A DNA stretch of 48,706 nt from Fibrobacteria bacterium (GCA_041746255.1 JBGTHM010000003.1:1-48706), one strand, 5' to 3'. Positions 18,840 to 29,025 are shown, counted from the stretch's first letter. A program made the numbers and translations. The notes: generated by a model from the letters alone, not told the origin.

Positions 18840-21431
18840 TCAACCACAAATCGAGGCTAAGAAGAGTATCTCGGCCATGGCCTTAAGCTCCATTTCGGAA
18901 GCAAGAGCCAAGGCCGACTTCAATTCGGCGGCGGCGGCGGCATGCAATCCGGCATAGGTTTTGACAGCCACAGCGCTGGTGGCTGCGCCGGAGAATTCCG
19001 CCGCGAAATCGGCTTTGGCGCCGCCTTCGGTATGTAACGCATGGTTGGCCCCGGCAATTCCGCCCGAATGAACGGAAAACTGAGCTTGCAACTGAACCAC
19101 TACCGCAGCATGGAAAGCCGTGAAGGCTTGGGCCATGGCCTCAGGCGAGGTCGCCGAATCAATGGCCTGTACCAGACTCAAAGTGGCGGCATCCAAAGCG
19201 GTAATCACCCCTTCCGAAGCCCCCGAAGCCTGGAACTGCGCCGTTACCGCGGCCGACACGGCCAGGGCTTTGGTGCGCATCGCCCGACGAGTCACTATCA
19301 GACGCGCTTCACCTTCCAATTCGGCCGCTTGCTTCAGCAAGGCGCGAGCATAAGCCTCTTGCGCCACCGCAAAGGCCTGAGCGCCGGCTTCCGCCTTTGC
19401 ATAAGCATCCGTCATGGTTTTCACATAGACCTTTCCTGCCACTTGTAACTTGGCGACATCGCTCGCGGCTGCCTTCCACTCCGTTTTCAAATCGGCTTCG
19501 GCTTTAACCGATGTTTCCAACAAAACCTTCGCCTCCGCCTCGGACACCTCGGTTTCAATGTCGATCAAATAGCGTAGGCGCGCTTCATCACCGGCGCTGA
19601 ATACGGCGCCCACCTTGGCGGCGATATCGCTCTTAGCGGCAAGGGCCGCTCCCAGCTCCGCATCCATGCGCAGGCGCGCCGCTTCCACAGCCTGGATACT
19701 TGTCTTGCCTTCTTTACGGAAGTGAAGAAACAATTCGGCTTCGGCGGCGGTTTCCGCATTCAATTCCAAGGCATTACGAACCGAGGCGGTATCGTCTCCC
19801 TCCACAATCAACTTCCATTCGCGGCCACCCTCGTCTTTCGCGACCACCATCAAATCGGATGCGGATTTCAGCTTGGTTTCCAATTGGAATTTTCCCTCCG
19901 CATCCACCGTAGCCTCTTTATCAGAAACCGTCTTCAAACTGCCGTCGGCCTGGACTTGGACCAATATCACGGTATTAGCCTCAATGTCTCCGCCCAAACT
20001 ACCGTTAACCTTGATGCCAACGGTAATTTCCGTTTTCGTGGTATCGCCCGGAACCGGTACGGGTAGGTTGGGAATCTCACCGACATGGGTTTCCCCATTT
20101 CCTCTGAGATGAACGGCCGTTTCACCCAGGGAAGCAAATTTCAGCTTGATGGCGGCATCCATTCCGGAAAGACCCGCGGCGGCTTCTTGATTCAATTTGG
20201 TGTAGTAGCGCGCATAGGCTTTTGCCACTTCCTCGTCCGTAACCGCGACCTTGAGATCCGCCTCGAGGGTAGCGCTTGCAGTGGAGGAATCTTTCAGGGC
20301 GATCATAGCCGCGGCTTGTTCCGCAAAAGCGGTTTGGAATTCGGCCCACAGAGATTTGCGGTAGCCGATGAAAGCCGAATCGATTCCTGTAATTTTTTCG
20401 GAAGCGCGAATCGAGACCACCAAATCCACTTCGGCTTTAACCAAGGCATCGATATGGATTTGCGAGGCGCCCGCAGCCTTGAATTCGGCCTGTGCCGAAG
20501 CTGCGCTTGCGCGGGCCTGCCATTCGGCCATGTTATGCGCCAATGCCAGACGCAGCTGCTCCTGCATTTGGTTTTGCGTCTTCAAAAAAGTACGCAACGA
20601 CGCTTCTTGGGCTTGTCCAAAGGCGTTGAGACGAACATTCGCGTCGGTATAGGCCTTGAAGCGGGTCTTGCGATGGTTTTCATACGCAGCCGCAACCGTC
20701 CCGGTACCTTTGATGGAAGCGTGCAAATCCGCTTCCAAATCGGCCTGCGCCTTGGCTTCGGCCTCCGCGACTTTTTCCAAGGAGGCGGCCGTGGCCCCTG
20801 TCGCCATCAAGACTTCCTTGCGCGCCTTCGCGGCCGCCGTCAAGGCCCGGGCGAAAGCGATTTTCGCCTCGGCTTTATTCTCCGCCGTTACCTTCGCGGC
20901 CACCTGGGCATCTATATGGGTTGCGATTTGCGAAAAATGCACCAACCCGGCTTGCCCATCCGCATGGATTTGGGCGAATACCTCGGCTTCCAAAGAACTC
21001 TCCGTATTCAAGGGCCGGCTAGCCATTTTTTTGCCTTTCTTGACTTCGCCGCTGACTACGGATTTCCACTCACGGGCCTCTTCCTTGGCTACAACTACCA
21101 GCTCCCGAACGCCGTCCAGGGCGGCTTCGACTGCGAAGTAACCGGAAGCATCGGTGGTTACCCGGGCTTCGGATACTTCCTTTAAGGAGCCATCCGCCTG
21201 TACCTGGGCCACAAATACTGCAGCGCCTTTAACACCCGCAGCACGCCGACTGGATTTATTTAAGGACGCCTCCCCTATTACATGGCCCTCGATTAGGGCT
21301 GTCGATCCTTTCTGTGATGGACCTGTACTGGAGGGTTTTTCACTGAAAAAACATCCGGATAATACCACTAGGCCATAAAGGGCCGTCGCAGCTGCGAGGT
21401 GATTTTGGGTGAAGGAATTCTTGGATTTCAT
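18840..21431 (-). CDS. Large Ala-rich lipoprotein with two ~416-aa internal repeats, function unknown
   Basis: Lipobox LSGC. QVQADGSLK.VS...D..G.F...VVAK...REWK...LN.E...EAE occurs twice, 1248 nt apart. AAGGAG RBS. Confidence 0.85.
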   Translation of the reverse strand: MKSKNSFTQNHLAAATALYGLVVLSGCFFSEKPSSTGPSQKGSTALIEGHVIGEASLNKSSRRAAGVKGAAVFVAQVQADGSLKEVSEARVTTDASGYFAVEAALDGVRELVVVAKEEAREWKSVVSGEVKKGKKMASRPLNTESSLEAEVFAQIHADGQAGLVHFSQIATHIDAQVAAKVTAENKAEAKIAFARALTAAAKARKEVLMATGATAASLEKVAEAEAKAQADLEADLHASIKGTGTVAAAYENHRKTRFKAYTDANVRLNAFGQAQEASLRTFLKTQNQMQEQLRLALAHNMAEWQARASAASAQAEFKAAGASQIHIDALVKAEVDLVVSIRASEKITGIDSAFIGYRKSLWAEFQTAFAEQAAAMIALKDSSTASATLEADLKVAVTDEEVAKAYARYYTKLNQEAAAGLSGMDAAIKLKFASLGETAVHLRGNGETHVGEIPNLPVPVPGDTTKTEITVGIKVNGSLGGDIEANTVILVQVQADGSLKTVSDKEATVDAEGKFQLETKLKSASDLMVVAKDEGGREWKLIVEGDDTASVRNALELNAETAAEAELFLHFRKEGKTSIQAVEAARLRMDAELGAALAAKSDIAAKVGAVFSAGDEARLRYLIDIETEVSEAEAKVLLETSVKAEADLKTEWKAAASDVAKLQVAGKVYVKTMTDAYAKAEAGAQAFAVAQEAYARALLKQAAELEGEARLIVTRRAMRTKALAVSAAVTAQFQASGASEGVITALDAATLSLVQAIDSATSPEAMAQAFTAFHAAVVVQLQAQFSVHSGGIAGANHALHTEGGAKADFAAEFSGAATSAVAVKTYAGLHAAAAAELKSALALASEMELKAMAEILFLASICG

Positions 21432-21695
21432 GAGTTTCTCCTTTCGAGGTTTTCCGAGGGGAGTGTCCCCTGGGTTCTGAAGAGAAGATACCGCGAATGG
21501 AGCTAGATATCAATGTTACCATTATTATGATATTACCTTTGTTGATGCTTAATTGGCTATTTAATCCATTTATAAAGGTTTTATATTCGTCTTTCTTTAA
21601 TAAATACCTATATTTCATATTACGTTTTGGAGTAAAAAATTGTTCATTTAGGCGTCAGGGGCCTACTAATCGGGCCGAAACGGGGAGCTTCGGGG

Positions 21696-23129
21696 TTATT
21701 CTCTTGTGGCGGAGAGCACCTGTCCCTGTGGCGAATACCGAACTTGCCAGATCCGGTTTTCCGGCCCGGCAACGGTACCCTTCCAACCCGTAGCGGATCG
21801 GAGTCCGCTGAAGGAATAGGCTGCTTGCGAAGGTGGAACCAGGGTTGCCTCCGTGAAACCCTGCACCTCCGATGAACCGGCTGGAACCGGGACATCGGGT
21901 ATATGGAAAAACTCGAACGACTCCCAGTCTCCGCGACGGTAACGCTGTTTCACCTGGAAAGACACCAAGCGATTATTTGCATAGGATGCGGGATTGGCAT
22001 CCACATCCACTGACCAGCGAATTGAAGTTGTCGCGGTATCCCCTTCCGGTTTTTCGGTTAGCCGGGTAATCGAGGCTCTTTCACCGGGCCGGAAGGTCGA
22101 GTCGGAGCGTTCACCCCGTATTTCCAAGGCAATACGGCCTCCGTCTCGAAGGATATTCTCTTCCCGGAAATAAACCACATAGTTTCTCCCGGCATCGGGA
22201 AATACCACCCAGCGGATGCGGGTTTGTATTTCCAAAATTTCCGTATCCACTCCCGCCCCTGTAACCCTCCCCACCCAATCCACGATATTGGAATCCAGGG
22301 AATAATCCAGAATCGAACCCTTGCCTTCGGCATCCAGCAATTCCCAAACCTCCACGGTATCGAGATTTTGCAGTTTGACGAATCGGCTGGATAGGAGGAG
22401 ATTACCTTCCTGCCGGTTGAAATCCAAATCATCACCGGCGGCAATCCGCAACAACCTGACTTTCTTCTCACCCGAAGGCCATGCGGTGGACAGTTCAATC
22501 GCAGCGACATTGTCCGATCCGGGCTCCGCAGTCAACACCCCGTCCCCATCTCCGTCGCTGAAACGAAATCTTTCTATGCGCCCATCCTCTTTATACGTAA
22601 ACGATCCCGCCACTTCCACTATGCGCGGAGTTGAAATGCCTACCGAGTCGCCTGGAAGCGGAGCGGCGATTTTAGGAGGCAACGACACCACGCTGTCTTC
22701 AATCGCAATCTTATCGGTATCGCGCGTGCGCACGACAGTGGTTTTACCGTCGGTCGAATCCACCACGGTTTTCACCGAATCGAGCAAACTGTCCGGCTGC
22801 AATATGCTGTCGAGGGACAGGATAGGCAGGACATCAACCTGCGAAAGCGTGGCAAACTTCGGCAACGGCTCGCTTTTTTGGGGTTGCGCGGATTCGGGAA
22901 CTTGGACGGTGTCGTATGCTCCCGGAACGCTGTCGGGCATTTCGTGAAATGCCGAATTCCAATTTTCATGGTAATTATATGCGGAAGCCGATCGCTTGCC
23001 CAAGACTTCAATCGCATTGGGATAATCGTCTCCCCCGGCCGTTTGAATATCGGTGGGGCGACGTTCCGGAGCGCAAGCGAGGGAGCCCAAGGCAGTCAAC
23101 GCCAGCACGACTCGGAGTAACTTCTTCAC
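21696..23129 (-). CDS. Hypothetical lipoprotein, partner of TIGR02147 gene
   Basis: MKK + hydrophobic stretch + SLAC lipobox, DGDGDG Ca-binding-like motif, 4-nt overlap with the upstream gene. Confidence 0.8.
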   Translation of the reverse strand: MKKLLRVVLALTALGSLACAPERRPTDIQTAGGDDYPNAIEVLGKRSASAYNYHENWNSAFHEMPDSVPGAYDTVQVPESAQPQKSEPLPKFATLSQVDVLPILSLDSILQPDSLLDSVKTVVDSTDGKTTVVRTRDTDKIAIEDSVVSLPPKIAAPLPGDSVGISTPRIVEVAGSFTYKEDGRIERFRFSDGDGDGVLTAEPGSDNVAAIELSTAWPSGEKKVRLLRIAAGDDLDFNRQEGNLLLSSRFVKLQNLDTVEVWELLDAEGKGSILDYSLDSNIVDWVGRVTGAGVDTEILEIQTRIRWVVFPDAGRNYVVYFREENILRDGGRIALEIRGERSDSTFRPGERASITRLTEKPEGDTATTSIRWSVDVDANPASYANNRLVSFQVKQRYRRGDWESFEFFHIPDVPVPAGSSEVQGFTEATLVPPSQAAYSFSGLRSATGWKGTVAGPENRIWQVRYSPQGQVLSATRE

Positions 23130-23953
23130 GCAGCTCTCTCCTTTACCTTGGATTTAGGCACCATAACCAAGCTGAGTTGCACGATGCGTTGCGGGTGGGT
23201 GTCGGCCTCTACCTTCTGGAAAACCTCGTCACGGAAACGCTCCAGCATTTCGCGCAACTCTTCGTGCAGGCTCTCGCTGATGTTCAGTATCATTGTCGAT
23301 ACATGCCTCTTTTCTTTGGGCAGTCGATGCAAGGCTTCCTTGGCCTGATTCAGCCATTCACTGTTAAGGCCCCGGCTCATTCCCCATAAGGCGGCCGGAG
23401 GCTCCACCACTGACCGTGTGGTATGATAATACCCCTTATCGTCCTGCTCGACCAACTTCCATTCGCATAAATCGCGCACCATTTTCTTCACCATGGCGAC
23501 CGGCAAGGGCGGATCGAGAAAGGCGGCCAGCCGCTCGTAATCCCCGCGAAAATCCTCCACCTCGATGGCGCCTCTTACCAAACCATAACGGAAATCCTGA
23601 TAATAACGGCTTAGGGCGGGGTTTAAACGGGTGAAGCGACTACGGTTGCGACGGGACAAAATTTGCTTGTAAACCGCTGCCTTCTTCTCTTCGCTACGGG
23701 CCTGTCCGTATTCGACCAGGAGCTTTAGAAATTCAATTTCATTGGCTTTAAGCCCGAAAACCGCGGACATTTTATCCACCGCATTTTCGCTCAACGGCTT
23801 GAAGCCCTTAATGACGTCGTTTAAATATCCAGGGTTGGCGAAGCCGGCTTCGCGCGCGAATTTTCGATGGGAATATTTCGGGTCCTGTACCTTTTTACGC
23901 GCATAGCTGTCGCTTAGAAAAGTCCGGAAATCATCATATTGGTAAATATCCAT
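23126..23953 (-). CDS. TIGR02147 family protein (HTH + DUF4423), putative regulator
   Basis: IYQYDDFRTFL, YSHRKFAREAGF.NPGYL..VIKG, LV.YGQA, and a C-terminal R.VQLSL strand. Confidence 0.88.
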   Translation of the reverse strand: MDIYQYDDFRTFLSDSYARKKVQDPKYSHRKFAREAGFANPGYLNDVIKGFKPLSENAVDKMSAVFGLKANEIEFLKLLVEYGQARSEEKKAAVYKQILSRRNRSRFTRLNPALSRYYQDFRYGLVRGAIEVEDFRGDYERLAAFLDPPLPVAMVKKMVRDLCEWKLVEQDDKGYYHTTRSVVEPPAALWGMSRGLNSEWLNQAKEALHRLPKEKRHVSTMILNISESLHEELREMLERFRDEVFQKVEADTHPQRIVQLSLVMVPKSKVKERAA

Positions 23954-24006
23954 TGCCGAATCGCCTGTTTAGGCCCTTCGCCAAATATATCCCAAATCAA
24001 ATAAGA

Positions 24007-24106
24007 AAGCGAACTTTCTATTACGAAAATTCGCTTATTTCCCTATTTTAAGGGCGAAAATGCATTTATTAGCTGAGATTACCCCTAAAATCGTATTACG
24101 AAAATT
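24007..24106. promoter_or_regulatory. Inverted repeat plus direct repeat upstream of TIGR02147 gene (candidate operator)
   Basis: AAGCGAACTTTC-N6-GAAAATTCGCTT (24007-24036, 11/12 match). TATTACGAAAATT occurs at 24019 and 24094. Confidence 0.45.
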
Positions 24107-24129
24107 ACGGGGCGAATCCTGGAGTTGGC

Positions 24130-25308
24130 CTATCCGCCCTCTTGATGGGACTTGGGGCCTGTGTAGATGAATTTGGGCCGTACGATAGGCGTACCCTTGC
24201 CCCCGCGCGCTTCGGTACGCTCCCAAACGATTTGCGCGGCGATTCCCACGCAGCGCGAAAGCCCGAAGAGCACGGTGTAATAATCTTCGTCGGTGAGGCC
24301 GCAGGCGTTGAGAAGCGAACCGGATACGGCGTCGACATTGGGATAGGGACAGGAAACCTTTTCCTTTTTTTTCAGGATCTCGCTGCCGACCTTCCGGAGG
24401 GTGACGGCCAAGCGGAAAATTTCGTCTTGAGCGGCGATTTGTTCGCCCAATACATATTGTACGGTAGCGCGCGGATCCTCGACGCGAAGCACGGCATGCC
24501 CGAATCCGTACAGCACACCACCCTTGGCCAAAAGCTCCTCGACAAAGCGATGCACGGCTTTTTCATCACGAGGATCGGGAAGTGATTTCGAAGCCTCCCG
24601 CAAAAAGCGTAGGCATTCCTGGTTGGCCATGCCGTGCAAGGGCCCAGCCAAGGCCGCCATGGCCCCCATCAGGCTTCCGTACATATCTTCGTGACCCGAG
24701 GCGATGGCCTTGCCCACGAAAGTCGACAGATTACCGCCACCATGATCGAAATGGAGGATGTTAAATACCCTGAAAAGCTTGCCGAGCTCAGGCGCCGCAC
24801 CCGGTGCGTTCAACATGCGGGTGAAATTTTCCATATAGCCCAGGTCGGGCCTCGAGGCGATGGGTTCGCCCCAACCGGCGCGCAAACGGAAAATTGCCGC
24901 TACGGCTTCGGGAAGCTGAGCGATTACGTTAAGGCAATCCTTGGAATAATCCCCCGTATGCGAATACATGCCCATGGCATTGATAGCCGCCATCAACCAC
25001 TTCATGGGATGCGCTTTTTTGGGTAAGGTACGTAAATGGGCGATTACTTCTGGGTGCAGCTTCGAGTGGGAAGCAAGTTTTTGCTTAAATGCCGCCAATT
25101 TCGCGGCATCGGGAAGCTCTCGGTGCAATAGGAGATGAATGACCTCTTCGGGCTCCCTCTCTGCCAGGGCGGCGATGGGGTAACCCGCATAATACAGTCC
25201 TTTGGTGGGATCCACGAAGCTGGTGACGCAGGTGCCGACCGGTATGCCGCGCAATCCGGTATCGAGATGGCTTTTGGTAATGGTGAATAACTCTTCTGAA
25301 TCGGCCAT
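24130..25308 (-). CDS. gltA: Citrate (Si)-synthase with eukaryotic-type motifs
   Basis: GLRGI, HPM, DHGGGNLST, GPLHG.AN, GFGHAVLR..DPR, YPNVDAVSG. Confidence 0.92.
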   Translation of the reverse strand: MADSEELFTITKSHLDTGLRGIPVGTCVTSFVDPTKGLYYAGYPIAALAEREPEEVIHLLLHRELPDAAKLAAFKQKLASHSKLHPEVIAHLRTLPKKAHPMKWLMAAINAMGMYSHTGDYSKDCLNVIAQLPEAVAAIFRLRAGWGEPIASRPDLGYMENFTRMLNAPGAAPELGKLFRVFNILHFDHGGGNLSTFVGKAIASGHEDMYGSLMGAMAALAGPLHGMANQECLRFLREASKSLPDPRDEKAVHRFVEELLAKGGVLYGFGHAVLRVEDPRATVQYVLGEQIAAQDEIFRLAVTLRKVGSEILKKKEKVSCPYPNVDAVSGSLLNACGLTDEDYYTVLFGLSRCVGIAAQIVWERTEARGGKGTPIVRPKFIYTGPKSHQEGG

Positions 25309-25333
25309 GCCTTCGTCCTCTCGTAAAAATTCT

Positions 25334-26590
25334 TTAAATGGCTTCGGCGACCAAGCGGCCGAATTCGGAGCATTTCACTTCACGCGCGCCTTCCATTTGG
25401 CGGGCCAGGTCGTAGGTCACGGTTTTGTTGGAAATGGTGGCGCTCATGGCCCGCAAAATGCCATCGGCGGCTTCGTCCCAACCCAGGTGTTGCAACATCA
25501 TCACTCCCGATAAAATCACCGAACCGGGATTGATTTTGTCGAGGCCGGCATATTTGGGAGCCGTACCGTGCGTGGCTTCGAATACGGCCGCCTGATCGCC
25601 GATGTTGGCGCCGGGAGCCAGTCCCAGGCCACCGACTTGCGCCGCGCATGCGTCGGAGAGATAGTCGCCGTTCAGGTTGAGGGTAGCAAGCACCGAATAT
25701 TCGTCGGGCCGCAGCAATAGCTGCTGGAACATGGCGTCGGCGATGCGGTCCTTGATAAGCAGCTTACCCGTCGGAACCTTGCCGTCATGCTTTTTCCAAA
25801 CGTCGGCCTCGGTAACGATGCGGTCTCCGAATTCTTCCTGCGCCACCTCATAGCCCCATTTGACGAACCCGCCTTCGGTGAATTTCATGATATTGCCTTT
25901 ATGCACCAGCGTAACGCTCGGTAATTTTTTATCGAGGGCGAAACGGATGGCTCTGCGTACCAGACGTTTGCTGCCGAAAGGCGAAACCGGCTTGATGCCG
26001 ATGCTGCTGTCTTCGCGAAGGGTCTTTTTGCCGATTTTGGTTTTCAAAAAGGCGATAACCTCTTTCGCTTCGGGGGTGCCCGAATCGAATTCGATTCCGC
26101 TGTAAACGTCTTCGGTGTTTTCGCGGAAAATGGTAACGTTGAGTTTACCGGGATCGCGTACCGGGGCGGGCACTCCGTCGAACCATTGCACGGGACGTAA
26201 GCAGGCGTATAAATCCATGATTTGACGCAAGGCCACGTTGATGCTGCGGATGCCGCCGCCGATAGGCGTTGTAAGCGGACCCTTGATGGCGACCTTGAAA
26301 TGCCGAATGGCCTCGACGGTTTCGTCGGGCAGCCACTGGTTTTCCCCGTAAACCTTCAGGGATTTTTCCCCCGCATAGACTTCCATCCATACGAGTTTTC
26401 GCTTGTCCCCGTAGCATTTACGTACCGCCTCGTCGAAAACATGCTGTGAGGCGCGCCAGATATCGGGCCCGGTACCGTCGCCTTCGATAAAGGGGATGAT
26501 GGGCCGGTTGGGAACCTGGATATTGTTGCCGGCATCGATTTGGATGGTTTCCCCGGTTTCGGGTACTTGAATATGCTTGAAAGTGGGCAT
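25334..26590 (-). CDS. icd: Isocitrate dehydrogenase, dimeric prokaryotic type (probably NADP+)
   Basis: [55 protein letters not shown] 26590 follows GAGGA. Confidence 0.97.
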   Translation of the reverse strand: MPTFKHIQVPETGETIQIDAGNNIQVPNRPIIPFIEGDGTGPDIWRASQHVFDEAVRKCYGDKRKLVWMEVYAGEKSLKVYGENQWLPDETVEAIRHFKVAIKGPLTTPIGGGIRSINVALRQIMDLYACLRPVQWFDGVPAPVRDPGKLNVTIFRENTEDVYSGIEFDSGTPEAKEVIAFLKTKIGKKTLREDSSIGIKPVSPFGSKRLVRRAIRFALDKKLPSVTLVHKGNIMKFTEGGFVKWGYEVAQEEFGDRIVTEADVWKKHDGKVPTGKLLIKDRIADAMFQQLLLRPDEYSVLATLNLNGDYLSDACAAQVGGLGLAPGANIGDQAAVFEATHGTAPKYAGLDKINPGSVILSGVMMLQHLGWDEAADGILRAMSATISNKTVTYDLARQMEGAREVKCSEFGRLVAEAI

Positions 26591-26788
26591 GAATTCCTCT
26601 TCGGAGGGTCGCGATTCCCGCCTTGAATCAGGCGTCTTGAAACCGGACGGGGATGAAAAAATGGGCTGAACTGAACCGCAGCGACGTGGAAAATATAAAC
26701 TAAAACGGACTGATTTCGTAATCGGCCGGTGGCCCACAACCCGCGGATTTTGGACAGAAATACAGGCGCCGTTGTGCCAGCCGGGTGA

Positions 26789-28288
26789 CTAGAAGCCGGT
26801 ACCTCCATCCTCTGCTTGACCGGGAGCCCAACTGCGGATTTTAAGTGAATCGGGAAAGGCTTCCGGTTTGTAGATGGATTTTCCCAGTAATAGACGCAGG
26901 CATTCCTGAATGCCCTCGGTGATGGAAGGGTGCGGATGAATGGATTTCATGATTTCGTCCATGGCCTTGTCTTGATCCATGAGATGGGCGATGACCATGA
27001 CGGTGCTGGCCGCTTGCGGACCAGCGGCGCGCATCCCCAGTATTTTGTTGCTCCCGTCGTCCGCCACCAGGATTTTGACAAAACCGTCGGTACGGCGCAT
27101 GGCGATGGCGCGATTAAGCAGCTTATTGGAGAAGAAGGCCACTCGGTAGGGGATTTCCTGTTTGCGGCATTCCTGTTCATTCAATCCCACCGCCGCCACC
27201 TCGGGATTGAAGAACATGATGGTGGACATATTGTGGTAGCGAAGGGGGTAACGGGTTTTCTCGAACATACTCTTGGCAACGTATCGCCCTTCCATTTCCG
27301 CCACGCTGTACAAAGCGGAATGGCCCGTGATATCACCCACGGCGTAAATATTGTCTTTGATCCGGCAATGGTCGTCGGTTTTGAGCATGCCCCGCTCGTC
27401 CGGTTCGATTCCCACCGCTTTTAAATTGAGCGCGCTGAGGTTGGGTATACGTCCAATGGAAATCAGCGCGGCGTCCACTTCCACCACCATGGAACGGCCG
27501 TCCTCGAAATCAACAATGACCTCGAGGTAATCGTCATGCTTGAGGATATTGCGTAAAATCGCGGTATGGTGGATGTCCACACCCTGGTGAGTCAGCGTAT
27601 CGGACACCGATTGGCTGATATCGTCGTCCTCGAAAGGGAGAATACGGGTCTGCCTATCCAGCAAATGCACCTTGGTTTGCTGGAAGTTGGAAAAGATGGT
27701 GGCGTATTCCACGCCGATGATGCCCGCGCCGATGATCATAAGGCGTTTGGGAAAGGCTTTGAAGCCCAGGAGATCGTTGGAGTCGATGATGCGCTCATGG
27801 TCGATTTCGATTCCGGGGAATTGTCGGGGCTTCGAACCCGTGGCGATAACGAAAAAGTCGGAGTGAATCACCTCTTCCTCACCGGTAGCGGAGGTGATGC
27901 GTATTGTTTCCCGGGATAGAAAACTTCCGGTTCCCCGTTTCAGGGTGATGGAACCCGGACCCTTCCAGCGCCGAGGCGAAAATGTTTCAATTTGCGAAAG
28001 CATTTGATATTGCTTTTCCTTGGCTGCCAAAACGACCGTGTCGCGCACCGCTTCGTAATTGACGGTGAGCCCGGCCGATCGGTATCCCCGGCTCACAGCG
28101 GCTGCGGTGGCGAAGTCCTTGGAGAGCTCCCACATGGTTTTGGAGGTGAGCGCCCCATGCATGATACCGGCGCCGCCGATATGCCGGCTCTCAATCAGGC
28201 ACACCTTTTTTCCGAAATCCAGAGCGCGCATGGCCGAAGCGAATCCTCCGGGACCCGTTCCGATGATGCAGATGTCGTATTTTTCCAT
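26789..28288 (-). CDS. Flavoprotein disulfide reductase family member (Lpd/SthA-like) lacking redox cysteines
   Basis: GTGPGG, ATGS, GAGIIG, IYAVGD, HPHPSITE. The site that is normally GG.C...GC.PSK reads GGAGIMHGALTSK. Confidence 0.85.
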   Translation of the reverse strand: MEKYDICIIGTGPGGFASAMRALDFGKKVCLIESRHIGGAGIMHGALTSKTMWELSKDFATAAAVSRGYRSAGLTVNYEAVRDTVVLAAKEKQYQMLSQIETFSPRRWKGPGSITLKRGTGSFLSRETIRITSATGEEEVIHSDFFVIATGSKPRQFPGIEIDHERIIDSNDLLGFKAFPKRLMIIGAGIIGVEYATIFSNFQQTKVHLLDRQTRILPFEDDDISQSVSDTLTHQGVDIHHTAILRNILKHDDYLEVIVDFEDGRSMVVEVDAALISIGRIPNLSALNLKAVGIEPDERGMLKTDDHCRIKDNIYAVGDITGHSALYSVAEMEGRYVAKSMFEKTRYPLRYHNMSTIMFFNPEVAAVGLNEQECRKQEIPYRVAFFSNKLLNRAIAMRRTDGFVKILVADDGSNKILGMRAAGPQAASTVMVIAHLMDQDKAMDEIMKSIHPHPSITEGIQECLRLLLGKSIYKPEAFPDSLKIRSWAPGQAEDGGTGF

Positions 28289-28308
28289 TCCCGCTCCTGA
28301 CGTATCTT

Positions 28309-29025
28309 TCAAGTTAACCCTTCCATGCCTTCGCGGGCCATGCCTCTTTGAAACAAGGGATCGGCGACTCCCGCTTCGTCGAAACCCTTTTGCCTCAGCA
28401 AACAGGCCGGGCATCGCCCACAAGGAGGAAAACTACCGTTATAACAGGTGTGACTTTCCATGAGGGAATCCATGGCGCCGAGGTCCATAGCCATCCGCAC
28501 AGTGTCCGCTTTGGTCATGAACATTAGCGGAGTGTGTATACGCAGTGGCTCCGTTAAGCCCAGCCCCAGTGTGAGGGTGTTGGCCAGACTACGAATGGTT
28601 TCATCGCGGCAATCCGGATATCCGCTATAATCGGTTTGACAAACTCCCGTGACCAAATCCCGCACACCGCGTACATATGCAAACGAAGCCGCGCAGGTAA
28701 GAAACAGGATATTGCGTCCCGGTACGAAAGTGGAGGGAAGCTCCCCTTCCCGGGCCTCAATCGGATGTGCCGCGTCCACCAAAGCATTATTGCCTATTTG
28801 GCGTAAAACATCCACATCCAGTACATGGAGCCGTACTCCGGTTTTTCGGGCGATACGGAGAGCCGCATCCATTTCGGCGATATGCCGCTGCCCATAATCG
28901 AAAAAGAGCGCTTCCACCCCGGAAAAACGCCGCAATGCCCAGTGGAGGCAAGTGGTGGAATCCTGGCCACCCGAGAACAGTACTACGGCTTGACCTTTGG
29001 ATTTCGTTGAAATGGGACGATTCAT
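28309..29025 (-). CDS. queC: 7-cyano-7-deazaguanine synthase
   Basis: SGGQDSTT, DYGQRH, TFVPGRN, SGYPDCR, TCY, CGRCPAC.LR. Confidence 0.97.
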   Translation of the reverse strand: MNRPISTKSKGQAVVLFSGGQDSTTCLHWALRRFSGVEALFFDYGQRHIAEMDAALRIARKTGVRLHVLDVDVLRQIGNNALVDAAHPIEAREGELPSTFVPGRNILFLTCAASFAYVRGVRDLVTGVCQTDYSGYPDCRDETIRSLANTLTLGLGLTEPLRIHTPLMFMTKADTVRMAMDLGAMDSLMESHTCYNGSFPPCGRCPACLLRQKGFDEAGVADPLFQRGMAREGMEGLT

